Origin: Octopus sinensis
Lineage: Eukaryota
NCBI RefSeq assembly: GCF_006345805.1
Contig: NC_043005.1
Span: 81,158,001-81,222,000 of the forward strand
Reading direction: 5' to 3'
DNA: 64,000 bases
The notes under the pieces are model-generated. The model made no database searches. It was not told where the DNA came from and saw only the letters and a list, made by a program, of their open reading frames with translations. The translations under genes were made by a program, and so were the position numbers. Of this stretch, positions 24,329-38,591 are shown piece after piece. The stretch's first letter is position 1; each line of letters starts with the position of its first letter.

Positions 24329-24330
<2 letters not shown>
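23800..24330. repeat. Degenerate purine-rich minisatellite upstream of LINE ORF1 (possible 5'UTR)
   Basis: Recurring motifs gtctatatatttaagaagattgag and gagatgaaagagaggaagtgatgcaaaagattgagcg near 23850, 23915, 24040 and 24295. Confidence 0.7.
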
Positions 24331-24387
<57 letters not shown>

Positions 24388-25010
24388 TATATATATGTAT
24401 AAATAAAGCAACAAATAAATATATGGCTATCTAAAATTGAATAATTTTAAAGGGATGTAACAGTGCTGAAACAGAAAGTGAATGTAAACAGAATGGAAAC
24501 AGAGAATAGGTCCTTACATTGAATTACGCGAAAATAAACAAATGAAAAGGGGTACTTATCTTATAAAAGGTAGAAGTCCCAAAGTTTTCTCCCTATACGA
24601 AGAGGTTTTCTTTCAAAAAGAAAAAGAAAAACGGTTCTTTTTGCTTGTTGAAGTCGATTGGGAATAAACTTAAGAGATGTCACCACGTGCTTTTTCGACG
24701 GGAAATCTGGCGTGCGTAATTAACTTTAGGGTATTATATTTGGCTCGAAGCGAAATATATTACGGTTTTTAACTATTATGTCCTAGTAGACCGCTATGAG
24801 ATAGCAAGTTTTACGTTTTTTATCAATTTTCGCCGATTATTTCGTCGATTTATGCAAACCTTTTTTTTTATCACAGAGCAAAGCAACACGTCTTTACCCT
24901 ACGAAAACCGGAAGTATAGATATATAGATATATATATATATATTTACATATACATACATACATACAAACACATACCCGCACACCCAAAAACACACACACA
25001 CACGCATATA

Positions 25011-25055
<45 letters not shown>

Positions 25056-25068
25056 TATATATATATTA

Positions 25069-25104
<36 letters not shown>

Positions 25105-26914
25105 TGTATGTATGTATGCGTGTATGTATGTATGTATGTATAAATACACCCCGACGCATAGGTGTAAATATACGTCGGTGTCTATCAAGAATAGCGTTCA
25201 TTTAAAACACACTTAGTGTGACATAGAATTCAGCAAATAACCAATATTTTATTTTTATAGAATCTCTTTGGAATTGATAAAAATATGCTAAGTGCTATTT
25301 TGTCAGAGACCACCAGATTTTGGTTGCTACTTTCTGAATTTGAAGCTACCCAACTCTTACCATATATCTAACTTACCTTTCATACGTCGTGGGAGCCATT
25401 TCATACGCTCTCAGTAAAAACATATTGTTACTGTATACCCCATGTGAATATGAATATTTTGTTAGTTTTACACTTCGTGGGGTACATTGCATTTGCGAAG
25501 CAGATCATTTATATGTTTCTTCCATTTATTCTGGCTTCATGAACACACCAATATGTCCAATCTATTTACTTTTAATTTAAAATCTGATGCGTTTCCGTTG
25601 CTAAAAATGAATGAAATACAATAATTAGATGAATAAATAAATAAAAACCGATTTTGCATTCGATTTTATTTCAGCATCATTCTATTAAGCTGAAGGACTT
25701 TCAAAAAAATCTGTTCGTTGCGATAAACGTGTACGAAATTATTTGCAAAGATCTTAAACTGGTGAATTTTTCCTGTCGGCAAAGTGGTTACACGAGGCAA
25801 CCGTCTTTTTGCGTTAGACTTAGAACAGCAAAAGATAATCACTGGATAAAAAATAATAGCTTTTCAGAGAAGACAGTTGAGAATAAAAAAAAAGGTTATC
25901 AAAGTAATTTTCGTTGACTGAGAAAAAAATCAGTCTATGGCTTTCACATATCTATCATCGTCTGAAGAAGTTTGCAGAGACTTTGAACAAAGAAATGGTT
26001 TTGATTGAATATGCATTAAATTCACTAGACTAAACACAGGGAAGAAACTTGAATGAGATTTTATGGTTTTCAGATAACATAACTTATATAACAACTCCAC
26101 ATTTTATCACTGTGTATGCACGAAATTGTGTCAAATTTTGTTCTAGAGCTTCAAGATCGTTCTCGCAACGATAATGAAGAAAGCATCTATGAATTTGAAA
26201 ATTGCTTATTCTTCAACTTTTGGAGACTTGCCTGTAACATGAAGGAAAAACATCCATATATATGTATATATATATAAGTTGCTTCAATCACTTTGCCGAT
26301 AACATCCATTTTATGAGAAAATAGCAAAGAGAAAGATTTCGTCGAGATAGGAATATCAAGAGAAGTCCTATAAAGATGGTAAACACGCAGAAACTAAGGT
26401 TTCCTCAGGAATCGTCAGCTGGACTATCGAGGCGAATCTCACTGCAGCAGGGTCTACTGGTGAAGTTCTTTTTCCTTTTTTTTTTACATGACTAAACTGG
26501 GTAATATATTATATTAGACATTATTGCTCATTTTAGAAATCGTAATGCTGCATTCTGCATATAATATTTTTTTACATATAATATTGTTTTAGAAATATAC
26601 CGCCGTTATATTATGGCAGTTAGTTCGTAGAATTGTTACTTCGCTAGAGAAAATGCTTCACATTTCTAACGGCCTTTTACGCTTTCATTTCAAATTCCCC
26701 GAGTCTTCATTCCCTTTCAAGATTTCATTGTCTAAAACATGCGTACTAGCTTAACTCTGAGGTCAATGTAATCGACTAAACCAAATTCCCTTTACAACTG
26801 CAGGCTTTTTGCCAAAATTCGAAAATAGTAAGCTATTATTCTCCAGTGTTATATAAACAACATTAATGTAAACAACATACTCAAGTGATATATAAACAAC
26901 ATATCTAAAGCATT

Positions 26915-27330
26915 GAGCTGGCAGAATCGTTTGCACGCCGGACAAAATGATTAGCAGCATTTCGTACGGCCTTACGTTCCACCAAGGTCGACTTTGCTTA
27001 TCATTGTTTCGAGTTCAATAAATAAAGAACCACTTGAGCGCAGACATCAATGTAATCGACTTACCTCTCCCACGAAATTGCTGGCCTTGTGTCAACATTT
27101 GAAATTAACATGTAAATACGAAAGGCGTTGAACTGGCAGAATCATTAGAATGCAAGGCAAAATGCTCAGCGACATTCTGCCCTTCTTTACGTTCCGGGTT
27201 TAATTTTCTCCGAGAGCGAACTTTGCATGTCATTCTTTCAGGATCGATGAAATGAGTATCAGCCGAGCACTGGGTCCCATGTAATCGACCCCAGCCCCGA
27301 AATTACTGGTCTTGTGCCAAAATTTTAAAC
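26915..27330 (+). mobile_element. Two head-to-tail SINE family C copies
   Basis: gagctggcagaatcg heads near 26915 and 27130; tails ggccttgtgccaaaatttt. Confidence 0.8.
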
Positions 27331-27388
27331 CACTATTTATAGACCCATGTTTGTTTAAATTACAGAACAATAACAAATTGGAACTATA

Positions 27389-27785
27389 GGTGTAGGAGTG
27401 GCTGTGTGGTAAATAGCTTGCTTATCAACCACCCACAAGGTTCCTGGTTCAGTCCCACTGCGTGGCACCCTGGGCAAGTGTCTTCTACTATAGCATCGGG
27501 CTGACCAAAGCCTTATTAGTGGAATTGATAGAGGAAACTAAAAGAAGCCCGTGGTATATATATATATATATATGTGCGTGTGTGTGTGTATGTGTCCCCC
27601 CCCCCCAACAGCGCTTGACAACCGATGCTGGTGTGTTTATATCTCCGTAACTTAACGGTTCGGCAAAAGCATTTGCTAGAATATGTACTACAAAGAATAA
27701 GTCCTAGCGGGTCGATTTGCTCATCTAAAGGTGCTGCTCCAGTATGGCCGCAATCAAATGACTGACGCAAATATACGAATAAAAT
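27389..27785 (+). mobile_element. SINE family B
   Basis: Head, internal microsatellite and tail all present. Confidence 0.88.
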
Positions 27786-28044
27786 TTAGGCACAAAAAAT
27801 GTTGCCATACTTAAAATCAGTAACGCAGACATACGTGAGTATATCGCAAACTAAAACACCACAGACCTCCATTTTCCAATGTACTTGGTATAACAGATGG
27901 AAAATAACACGAGCAGAGCATTGAAAATGCTTGTGGCAACGAAAAATATTTTCTTCAATTTCTAGTTAATTAGAACTTGACAGCTTTCATAGAATGGTTT
28001 TATACTGGGGAAAAGCAAACAAAAATTTCCATAATAGACTCATT

Positions 28045-28424
28045 GTGGCACTCCGTCGGTTACGACAACGAGGGTTCCATTTGATCCAATCAGCGGAACA
28101 GCCTGCTGGTGAGATTAAAGAGCAATTGGCTGAGCATTCCACAGACACGTGTACCTTTAACGTAGTTCTCAGGGAGATTCAGCGTCACACAGAGTGTAAC
28201 AAGGCTGGCCCTTTGAAATACAGGTACAACAGAAACAGGAAGAAAGAGTGAGAGAAAGTTGTGGTGAAAGAGTACAGCAGTGTTCACCACCACCCCCTGC
28301 CTGAATCTCACGGAGCTTTAGGTGTTTTCACTCAATAAACATTTACAATTCACGGTCTGAGAATCGAAACCGCGATCCTACGACTGCGAGTCCGCTGCCC
28401 TAACCACTGGGCCATTGCGCCTCC
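28045..28424 (-). mobile_element. SINE family A, full length
   Basis: Minus strand ggaggcgcaatggcccagtggttagggcagcggactcgc... to ...gtaaccgacggagtgcca. A head-only copy lies at 28621-28727. Confidence 0.9.
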
Positions 28425-28744
28425 ACTGGCAGTCACATAATAAGGCACCTTTATAACTGATACACAGGATTGAACAAGTGATTTTTTTGTGTGTGTGAAT
28501 CTCTTGTATTGAATGACAATTGAATTGCTAGTCGGAATTCTTTCCGAATTTCATCGAAATCTTTTTATTGCTAAAATGCTTTTACATTCTATTTTTGAGT
28601 TTTTAAATCTTAAGCTTACTTTTAGGTGTCTTCGCTCAATAAACACTCCCAACGCCGGTCTGGAAATCGAAACCGCGATCCTGCGACCGCGAATCCGCTG
28701 CCCTAACCACTAGGCCATTGCGCCTCCACATATATAAAGATATG

Positions 28745-29130
28745 CATGTGATTTGCAATAGTGATTAGATTTAGACTGAGACCATGCTGGAGAACCACTT
28801 TGAAAAATTTGAGACGAAAAGTCGAAATAACCTTGCTACTTATAATATTGACCACTTTTGACGACCCTCTATGTTATGAGGAAGTAAACACAGCAGCAGC
28901 GTTTATCATGCGACAAACACAGTCCCGCTCCACACACATATACGTATATATATATATACGACGGGCTTTTTTCAGCAACCCGCCCGACAAATACCTTTAC
29001 GTGTCTTTGGTCGGCTGAGGCCGCTGAATCTGCCGTAGAAGACATTTGCTCAAGCTGCTACGCAATAGAATTGAACACGGATTCACATCGTCGGGAAACC
29101 AACTTCTTACCACCCACCTATACCTGCACC
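28745..29130 (-). mobile_element. SINE family B, old diverged copy
   Basis: Reverse-complement tail (gagaccatgctggagaaccac), cgacgggcttt junction and head. Confidence 0.65.
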
Positions 29131-29311
29131 AAGGGATACACCGCCGTGTATCTAGGTATATGTGTGCTGAAACTATTGCGAAACGAAAATATTTACTTTC
29201 GCTTTATTCATTGATTCGTTGGTTATTTTCAATTTTCATTTGTGAGCGTCTATCTAAATGTTTGAACACTGTATACGCCATTAATTATATTTGTCTATCA
29301 GTATTACAGAT

Positions 29312-30085
29312 GACATTAGTTCGGAGTGATGGCGGAATCTTTGGCACGCCAACTTTTCCCCCTCATCAGTAATTCCTGGCCCTGCGCCAAAATTTGAAAG
29401 AAACATTGTAGATGGCTTTAAAGCATCGTGGTTGCGGAATCGTTAGCATGCCGGCAAAAAATAATTGGCGACATTTCGCCGCTGAGGTCTACTCTGATTT
29501 TAGGTCTTTCGGGGTGGATAAAATAACTCCCGGTTGAGTACTGGGGTCGAAAGCATCGTAGTGGCGGAATCTTTATCATGCCGGGAAAAATACTTTGCAG
29601 CTTTTCGTCCGTCTTTACGCTCTGAGTTGAAACGCCGCTGGGCTCTACTCTGCTTTTAGTTCTTTCGGGGTGAATAAAATAAATACCAATTGAGTACTGG
29701 GGTCGATTTAATTGATCTATCTCCTTCCCCGAAATTACTAGCCTTGTACCAAAATTTGAAATCAATATTATAAATGACATTAGAGCGGAGAGCTGGCGGT
29801 ACGTTGGTACGCCAATTTATCACCTCACCCCTAACTCCTGGCCCTGTGCCAAAATTTGAAACAAATATTGCAGGTGACTTTAAGGCATGGGGCGGGCAGA
29901 ATCGTTAGCAAGCCGGGAAAAATGCATAGCGGCAATTTGTCTTTACGTCCTGTGTTCGTATTTCACTAAGGTTGACTCGGCTTTGCCTTTCATCCTTTCG
30001 GGATCGGTAAAATAAGTACCAGTTGAACACTGGGGATCTAAGTAATCAGGCTATCCCTTCCCGAAAACTCCTGGGCTTCTGCCAA
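29312..30085 (+). mobile_element. Tandem array of SINE family C pieces with a higher-order duplication
   Basis: Block gacattag...ggcacgccaa...cctggccctg.gccaaaatttgaaa...gcat...gaatcgttagca occurs at about 29312 and 29777. Confidence 0.75.
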
Positions 30086-30404
30086 AATTTGAAATAAATA
30101 TCATTATGACATTTAATGATCTTATCCAGATTAAACATGATTTTATGCACTCAATAAAAAATAAATCGATTTGCATTGCATCATACACTGTGTAATAATT
30201 AAAATTGATGTTCTAACCTCTGTGATATTCGAACTCCAACATAGAATACCGAGGGAATTTTGCAAGTAATATTGCTAGCTCGGCTATCGATCTTGGAACA
30301 CCTTCAGCTTCATGAGAAATCTTAATAGTAGGGAAAAAATTTCGATATACTTGAGCGGGGATTGTCCGTTGCTATTATCGTCTCTAAACCCTGAATGCGG
30401 CGAG

Positions 30405-30775
30405 TTGGCAGAAACGTTAGCACGCCGGGCGAAATGCCGTTACGTTCTGAGTTCAAATTCCGCCGAGGTCGACTTTGCCTTTCGTCTTTTCGGGGTAATT
30501 AAATAAGTACCAGTTACGCACTAGGGTCGATATAATCGACTTAATCCGTTTGCCTGTCCTGTCTGTGTTTAGCCCCTTGTGGGTTGTACAGAAATAGGTA
30601 TTTCGTACGTGTAAACGTTCTGAGTTCAAATTCCGCCTAGGTCGACTTTGCCTTTCATCCTTTCAGGTCGATAATTTAAGTATCAGTGAAACCCTGGGGT
30701 CGTTGTAATCGACGAGTCCTATCACTCAAGATTTCAGGCCTTATGCCTTTAGTAGAAAGAATAATCGTCTCTTAA
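30405..30775 (+). mobile_element. SINE family C dimer (head-core-tail1 joined to core-tail3)
   Basis: Junction gtacagaaataggtatttcgtac near 30586-30608; two cores. Confidence 0.75.
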
Positions 30776-31007
30776 TCTTAACTGGTAGTTTATTTGACCC
30801 CCAAAGAATGAGAGTAAATTGAACTCAGTAGGATTTGAAATCAGAACATAAATACCAGGGAATGTAAGGCAAGAGATGTTATGGAACACTTAAATGTTTC
30901 TGCCCATCCAACGCAAAGATATAATAAGGGTTTCAAATGAGTTTAACACACGCACACACCGATAGACAGACAGACAGTCAGACAGACATACAGACAGACA
31001 GACAGAC

Positions 31008-31074
<67 letters not shown>

Positions 31075-31324
31075 TAGATATCAGAAATTGGAATGGCATA
31101 TGAGATAATCAAATATGTCCTGAGCTTCGGTATTTTACTGTAGTTTCTGCTATAAGGTGCAATGCACACATAGTTGATTACTTACGTGTGTATCACCCTA
31201 TAGCTTCGTCAAAACTTCAAATATGGAACCAGTTACAATGACAAGATTAATGGAAGATTATCTGATTAATGGAACAGCGAGCCCGTGAAATTAGCGAGCA
31301 AGTGTATGAACAGTCAATATGAGT

Positions 31325-31755
31325 CTAAATTTTGATGAAGTGTCAGCAGTTTTGAAGGTAGGGTGCAATACGAGTTGATAGATCTCAATACTTAACTGGT
31401 GCCTATTTCATTGACGCAAAAGAACGAAAGATAAAGTCGACCTCAACGGAATTTAAACTGGAAACGTAAATATGAACGGAATGTTGCGACGCATTTTGTC
31501 TGGCGTGTTAACAATTCTGCAAGCTCACCACCTTACAGTAAGACATAGAAAAAATTTCTACTTTTCAAACCAGCTAAATCAGTGACAAGGAGTTACCTGA
31601 ACCACCAACTTGGGTAATTGACTGCTACTTTATTTTATCGATCTCGAAAGGGAAATTTGATCACCATGGGTTATGAACTCAGAACGTAAGGATTCGGAAA
31701 AATGTTGGTAAGCATTTTCTCCGAATTGCTTACAACTCTGTCCGCTCACCGTCTT
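31325..31755 (-). mobile_element. Two diverged SINE family C copies
   Basis: Reverse-complement cores (aaagtcgacctcaacggaattt; gaactcagaacgtaa). Confidence 0.6.
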
Positions 31756-32090
31756 AGAGCCTATAAGAAATAAATTTTACAGAAATATGTCGAGTAGTTG
31801 ATAATAAACTATGTAACGGATACAAAACGGTCTTAATGAATTCAAAATCACCTCTTAGTTACCGTAATAGCTTAATATCACTAAATGATATCTTTCACGA
31901 TAGACACATTATTATCTCTTTATATTTACATCAAAAGTGTACTGAGACAGCTACGTTTAACGAATGTCCGACTTAACAGCAGTAAATGATGGAGATGACA
32001 GCCCCTATTGTTTTGCAATCTTCTTTGATGTCGAGCAATATAGCTTAGAGGCAATAACTCACTCCTTCTCTCTTCCTCTCTTTCGATATA

Positions 32091-32138
<48 letters not shown>

Positions 32139-32384
32139 ATATTGTACATGCAGGTACGTATGCCTGCATGCATATGTACATATATATGCGATATATATGC
32201 GCATATAAATACATATGCATGTATAAATTTCGTATATATAAATATGCTTTAATATAAAAGTATGTGTGTATATATATATATATATTATATATATACATAT
32301 ACTTCTACATATATATACATATACATATACATATAAATATATACATATACATATATATATACATATACATATATATATATATAC

Positions 32385-32419
<35 letters not shown>

Positions 32420-32443
32420 CGTACATATTTATATATATATAAG

Positions 32444-32535
<92 letters not shown>

Positions 32536-32947
32536 GATATATATTTAGTTATTTATTTATTTATATACATACTCTAACGCGTACTCTTTCACATTGGCAC
32601 AAAGATTTATCATCCGTCATTTTGTTATCTTTTGCGCCATTCCTTTATTTTATTCGTCCTCCATTTATTCTCTCGATATTTGCTTCGTCCTTCTCTTTCT
32701 TATGTTCATTAACACTACTCTTGCGTCATTTCTTCCCCCACACCAAATCTATTTTCCTGCTTTTCTCTTTCACTCTCTCTGTCTCTCTCTCTCCCTTCCT
32801 CTCTCTGTGTTCTTCCCCTCTCTTACTTTACCTTACTTTCTGTCTTATATATCCTAAAGCATTTCGCCTAGTTTCCCTCATTCTCAGCGTACGCATATGC
32901 ATCACAAACACATAGACACACACACAGAAACACACACACACACACCA

Positions 32948-32986
<39 letters not shown>

Positions 32987-33289
32987 TTGATACAAACATA
33001 TATACTCAGACATCACTCAAACAACAAAATTATATAGACAATAACAATCAGAGACTTAGCACTGCTGATTGGTACCGGCAAATGGTCGACTGGAAGTGAT
33101 TTTCACAATGGGCTATAATGAGCTAACGTGATTATCACGTGACGACTCTTAGAAAAGAGTAGGTATATTTCAGCGAACTTTATTATATCGTGTAAATTGA
33201 AAACGGTGAAAATAACGCTGAGAGCGATATCGCTTCTGTCGACACACGATTCATTACTTTTATTGTTGTCCATAATATTGTTGTCGCTT

Positions 33290-33378
33290 TTAATATTGTT
33301 GTTATTACTCATATTATTATTATTATTAATGTTCTTATTATTGTTACTTTTGTTGTTGTCGTTGCTTTTCTTCTTCTT

Positions 33379-33447
<69 letters not shown>

Positions 33448-33456
33448 GTATTGTTA

Positions 33457-33490
<34 letters not shown>

Positions 33491-33519
33491 CATTATTATC
33501 ATTATCATTATCATCTTTA

Positions 33520-33556
<37 letters not shown>

Positions 33557-33605
33557 CATTATTATTATTATTATTATTATTAATATTATTATTATTATCA
33601 GCATC
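33290..33605. repeat. Compound trinucleotide repeat (TTC)n, (TAT)n, (CAT)n
   Basis: Read directly; source of the poly-L/I/F/Y ORFs. Confidence 0.95.
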
Positions 33606-33850
33606 ATTAGTAGTGGTAGTAATGGTGACATTTGCTTCAATTTAAACTAGTCGCTTTGTCTTCTTCACACCTTTTTTGTAATTCACTAATTGCACACAAT
33701 TTACATATCTAAATATACATAGAGATGACTTCAAGCATCCCTGTATACGCATAAAAGATTTGGAACTTCTACGTGTTTTATTTATTTAAATTTGTTCACA
33801 CACTCACACACACAAACATGTAAACACATACACAAAGACATATATTCATC

Positions 33851-34062
33851 AAGGAGTGATGAAAAATTCTTGGCTTTGAACAAAAGAAAACACAGGAGGG
33901 TCAGTTAATTATGATTTTATTCAACATATTCCCCTCTCAAATTCGGACATTTTTTTACAACAGTCCTGAAGTTTTTCTAAGCCATGTAAAATAACTCGGA
34001 ATTTCGGGCCGCCAATCAAGCCTCTCTCGACACCATTAAATCCAGGAACATTGCAGCCCCCA
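33851..34062. mobile_element. Mariner-type MITE
   Basis: Degenerate TIRs ggagtgatgaaaaattcttggcttt and ttaaatccaggaacattgcagcccc around a 200-bp non-coding core. Confidence 0.55.
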
Positions 34063-34293
34063 CCACCTCCCCGCATGGAAAAAATATATAAGCGCACGAA
34101 TATTTATGCATATAATATATATATATACATATAGTTTCTGTCTATCCTGCAATTAGTATGACCTTCTTTCCTCTGCCTCTTCTCCTTTTAAACTCTATAT
34201 TCTATGATAGTAATAACCTAAGTTTTCCACTAAATTTCCAACTGATCCTCACACCGACGATGGACTAAATGAATGCTAAACGGTTAGCTTCCG

Positions 34294-34351
34294 GTAGTTT
34301 TGTACGAGGAGCACAATTTAGGCATCTGTTCTCGAAACAGCTGTAAACGAC
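34294..34351 (+). ncRNA. Decayed hammerhead motif in a pLTR-like segment ending at (TA)n near 34560
   Basis: gtagtt ttgtacga g gagcac-(13 nt)-gttctc GAAAC AGCT GTA aacgac. Stems I and II are kept; the core is damaged. Confidence 0.55.
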
Positions 34352-34596
34352 TTTCTGCTCACATTATTGTTTCCTTCCTTCAAAACTCATGCAATAGTTC
34401 AACATTTATGCTTAAAGATATAAATGTTATAATCCAAACTGATACCAGTTGTTGGTTTATTTATACTTTTCTTCTGTTAATGATTGCACCTGCTCAAATT
34501 ATACGCTGCCTGTAGCCAATCGTTATTTAGCAGCTATAATTCCCATGTTTTTAGTTGCAGTTATATATATATATATATAATATATATATATATATC

Positions 34597-34922
34597 GCAT
34601 TCCGTCGGTTACGTCGACGAGGGTTCCAGTTGATCCGATCAAAGTGCAAGTGGCTTAGCACTCCACAGACACGTGTGCCCTTAACGTAGTTCTCGGGGAG
34701 ATTCAGCGTGACACAGAGTGTGACAAGACTGGCCCCTTGAAATACAGATATAACAGAAACAGGACGATAAAATGAAAGTTGTGGTGAAAGAGTACAGCAT
34801 GATTCGCCACCACCCCTTGCCGGGGCCTCGTGGAGCTATAGGTATTTTCGCTCAATAAACATTCACAAAACCCGGTCCTGGAATCGAAACCGCGATCCTA
34901 CGACTGGGCCATCGTGCCTCCA
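34597..34922 (-). mobile_element. SINE family A with internal deletions
   Basis: Homologous to 28045-28424; the head deletion falls between actg microhomologies. Confidence 0.85.
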
Positions 34923-35726
34923 CATATTACAATAAGAATATATGCGTGTGTGTGTGTGTGTGTGTGTGCATATGTTTTTCTATTTGAACCGGACCTTCTC
35001 TTTCTCATGTTCATTAACACAACTCTTGGAAAAAAAGACCTGTGAATATATACAATATATATGTTCCAATAGTTTATAGCTGCAAATGAGTTCAAAATAT
35101 ATCAGTACTATAAATCAAATCAGAATCACACTTAGACCAATGTAATAACATTCACTTATCTGTATGTTTAGTTTTGTTTATTATCTCTTTAAATGGTAGC
35201 TGCTAATTATATAGTACATGGCTATTCCAGATGACATAGCATGCTATATAAGATATGATTATGAGAATTCACAGACCGTTTATAACCACGCAGCAAAATC
35301 ATTCCAGCATGATTGTGACAGGTGTGTATTGTAATTCAAGTAAATAATGTATAGCTGTATCTTTCATTTTCAGAAGACTGTCACTAAGCGACTGGGCCCC
35401 CCAAACAGTCTGATACATAACCGTAAACATAACCATTGTACATTTTCTCAATGGAATATTCGATTTTTAGTATTTTATAATTAAATAAACCATATCTGGA
35501 TACTATGTGGACTGAGTTCCCAGTTGAGAGGCTCCTGATATTAAACAAAGTATTAACACATACGTTATGCAAATTAGTAGTTCTACTGGAATTGTTGAGT
35601 ATATAAACAGACATGCTGCTCCTTTCTTTAGGAAGTTAAAATAAGTCACAAACATTCTCACTAACCTAAACAACGTTTTATCCCCATCACTACTAGGCGT
35701 TGAGGCTGCTATTTTATTCTTCCCAG

Positions 35727-35762
<36 letters not shown>

Positions 35763-35792
35763 GCACACACACACATAAACGCCCCCCCCCCC

Positions 35793-35845
<53 letters not shown>

Positions 35846-35991
35846 CACACACACACAACGATGAGCTTTTTACAAATTCTGTCTACTAAATCCACTGGGA
35901 ATTTATGGTCGGTTCGAGGATATAGTAACTATCCACCCAGTGGTTCTAAACTGAAAACTGTATTTTCAGATACGTATGTATCTATGTATAC

Positions 35992-36102
<111 letters not shown>

Positions 36103-36191
36103 CCAACCTGCCTATATTATCTAGCTCTCTGTCTCTTTCTCTTTCCCTGTGTCTCGCTGTCAGTCTTCCTCCCTCACTCTTTCCTTCTCCG

Positions 36192-36226
<35 letters not shown>

Positions 36227-38071
36227 ATCTCACGTATACACATATGTTACATATTTGCGACCTGATATAAGTTGGCACTCGTCAGGAGCCTAAAGAAGAG
36301 TATGGGGCATATTCAAAACTGTTATTAAATAATCTAAGTAACCAAATATACTGAGTGCGAGTTTCATTCCTTTGTCCACTCAGCTACCTCTTCTACATAA
36401 AGAAAAGAAGCAATGGAAAATGTAATCCGAGATGATGGAAGAACATTATTACCACGAGTAGAAATCATTATCTTTGCTTACTCATAACTAGACGCCAACC
36501 GTTCTACATTGACGTGAACAGTTTTGATTTTCACACGTTGTAATTTATAGTTTGAAAGAAAGTGGAATCGGAACAATCGTAGTAAATTTCTACTAACTCA
36601 CTTTTCGTTTATATGCTTATATATATATATGTGTGTGTGTGTGTGTATGTATGTAAAAGAGAGAAAGATAGATATATAGGCAGACAGACAGACAGGTAGA
36701 AAGATAGATAAATAGATAGATAGATAGAAAGAGAGATGCTGATGCGCTGAATTTGTGCCATGTTACATAATGCTATAATAGTTTGTGGTTGGAATACTTG
36801 CTACGCTAAGCTCCTAAATGATATAATACTATCAATGGGGCAGTCATATTGATTTTATGCGTTTTATGCAATAACAGACCCACATATAATTTAAAGAGCA
36901 AACACGGACAAAATAATTGATATTTCCGGTACTTCATTCAGTACCCAATAATCACTAATTAACAATTAAATCGATCACAATCCATATTTTCAAATCACAT
37001 ACAAAAATATAATATTCTCGGAAATGTTTCTTCGGTATGAATCATGAATCACTGCTATCAACGAATAATAGAACAGAGAGAAGAAATATGGGAGAATAAC
37101 TTTTTGTTTTTAATTTTGACACTATAACCGCAATCAACTGTAGAGTTTTATTTTAACCGCAATCAACTGTAGTGCTTTATTTTAACGACCCTTGGATATT
37201 AAAAAGGAAAATTCAACTCGTAGTAATTTGGACTTGGAATGTAAAGTGCAGTTAGAAATGCCTTTAAATACTTTTGTCCAACGCAGTAAAGATTCTGCTC
37301 ATTTATTGCCTTCTGTGAGGATCATATCAACATAATTCGTTAACGAAAAATAATAGTGCAAATCAAATATGACAATGTACAAGGTATGAAGTGCGACATC
37401 AAGTCTCCACCTGCGAGAGGAGATCATCCTAATAATGTGAATTGAAATGAACCAGATAACAAAAATGTAACAAGATGGTTTTTCGAGATAAAATTAAATA
37501 AAATATAACTACGTATAAAACCGCAGAGAAAATAAGAAGGAATATACTAGAATATGATAAATACATAATAAAAGTATATGAGTATCTGTCAGAAAAATAA
37601 AATATAAGGACAAAAACACGGAATATATAACAAAAACCAAATATGGAACAAGGCAATAAACATAAATAAAAAAGAACCAATACCATAATAATATTTATTA
37701 GTAGGGAAGAAAAGTGACAGAGAAACAGTCGCCATTGGGAATGATATAGATATATATAAAAAGAAAATAAATCGCATAATTTTGAACAACGATCACTTCG
37801 GTTTTGAGACAGCGAGAATGTACTTACAATGATAAATGGTTTGCGGTCATAAATCACTGGAAAAGTTCTGTCTCAATTCCCTGTTGATCGTTTGATATAG
37901 ATGTATCAAATCAAGTTTAAAATTGTATGCAAATTCTTCGACAGTGGAATCGTAAAGCCTAGTTATTACCACGTACGCACCAATTATACAACAAAGCTCT
38001 TATTGTTTTCTGTTAATAAGAATAAGTTGAAGACGTATAAGACGTGTCGAGAGTATTACTGCAGAACTATA

Positions 38072-38242
38072 GGCGTAGGAGTGGCTGTGTGGTAAGTAGC
38101 TTGCTTACCAACCACATGGTTCCGGGTTCAGTCCCACTGTGTGACACCTTGGGCAAGTGTCTTCTACTATAGCCTCGGCCCAACCAAAGCCTTGTGAGTG
38201 GATTTGGTAGACAGAAACTGAAAGAAGCCCGTCAGGTATATG

Positions 38243-38279
<37 letters not shown>

Positions 38280-38491
38280 ATGTTTGAGTCTGTGTTTGTC
38301 CCTCCAGCATCGCCTGACAACCGATGATGGTGTGTTTACGTCCCCGTAACTTAGCGGTTCGGCAAAAGAGATCAATAGAATAAGTACTAGGCTTACAAAG
38401 AATAAGTCCTGGGGGTTTGCTCGATCAAAGGCGGTGCTCCAGCATGGCCACAGTCACATGACTGAAACAAATAAAGGAATAAAGGAATAAA
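38072..38491 (+). mobile_element. SINE family B, full length
   Basis: Tail ends ...cacagtcacatgactgaaacaaataaaggaataaaggaataaa. Confidence 0.92.
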
Positions 38492-38591
38492 TCCCTATTA
38501 ATACATCATCTTATCATGTAGGTTTCTAAATGAGTAACATACATACATACACGCACACATACATACATACATACATACATACATACATACA

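Larger units (their letters stand above)
19816..24330 (-). mobile_element. Near full-length non-LTR retrotransposon of the CR1/L2 group (two ORFs, APE-RT)
   Basis: ORF1, APE motifs (YRPP, MGDFN, SDH) and RT motifs (LDFAKAFD, GVPQGTVLGP, YADDTK). 3' end has a hairpin and A-rich repeats. The 5' limit is uncertain (23770-24330). Confidence 0.92.

Noticed and set aside
25960-26420. CUGANGA matches at about 25969, 26402 and 26412 (also about 39897 and 40402)
   Set aside because: They lack a correctly placed GAAA, stem II or stem I; expected chance hits.
29312-30085. Regularly recurring 30-40 bp motifs that could suggest a CRISPR array
   Set aside because: The motifs are SINE C modules, the spacers are homologous rather than unique, the context is eukaryotic, and no cas genes are present.
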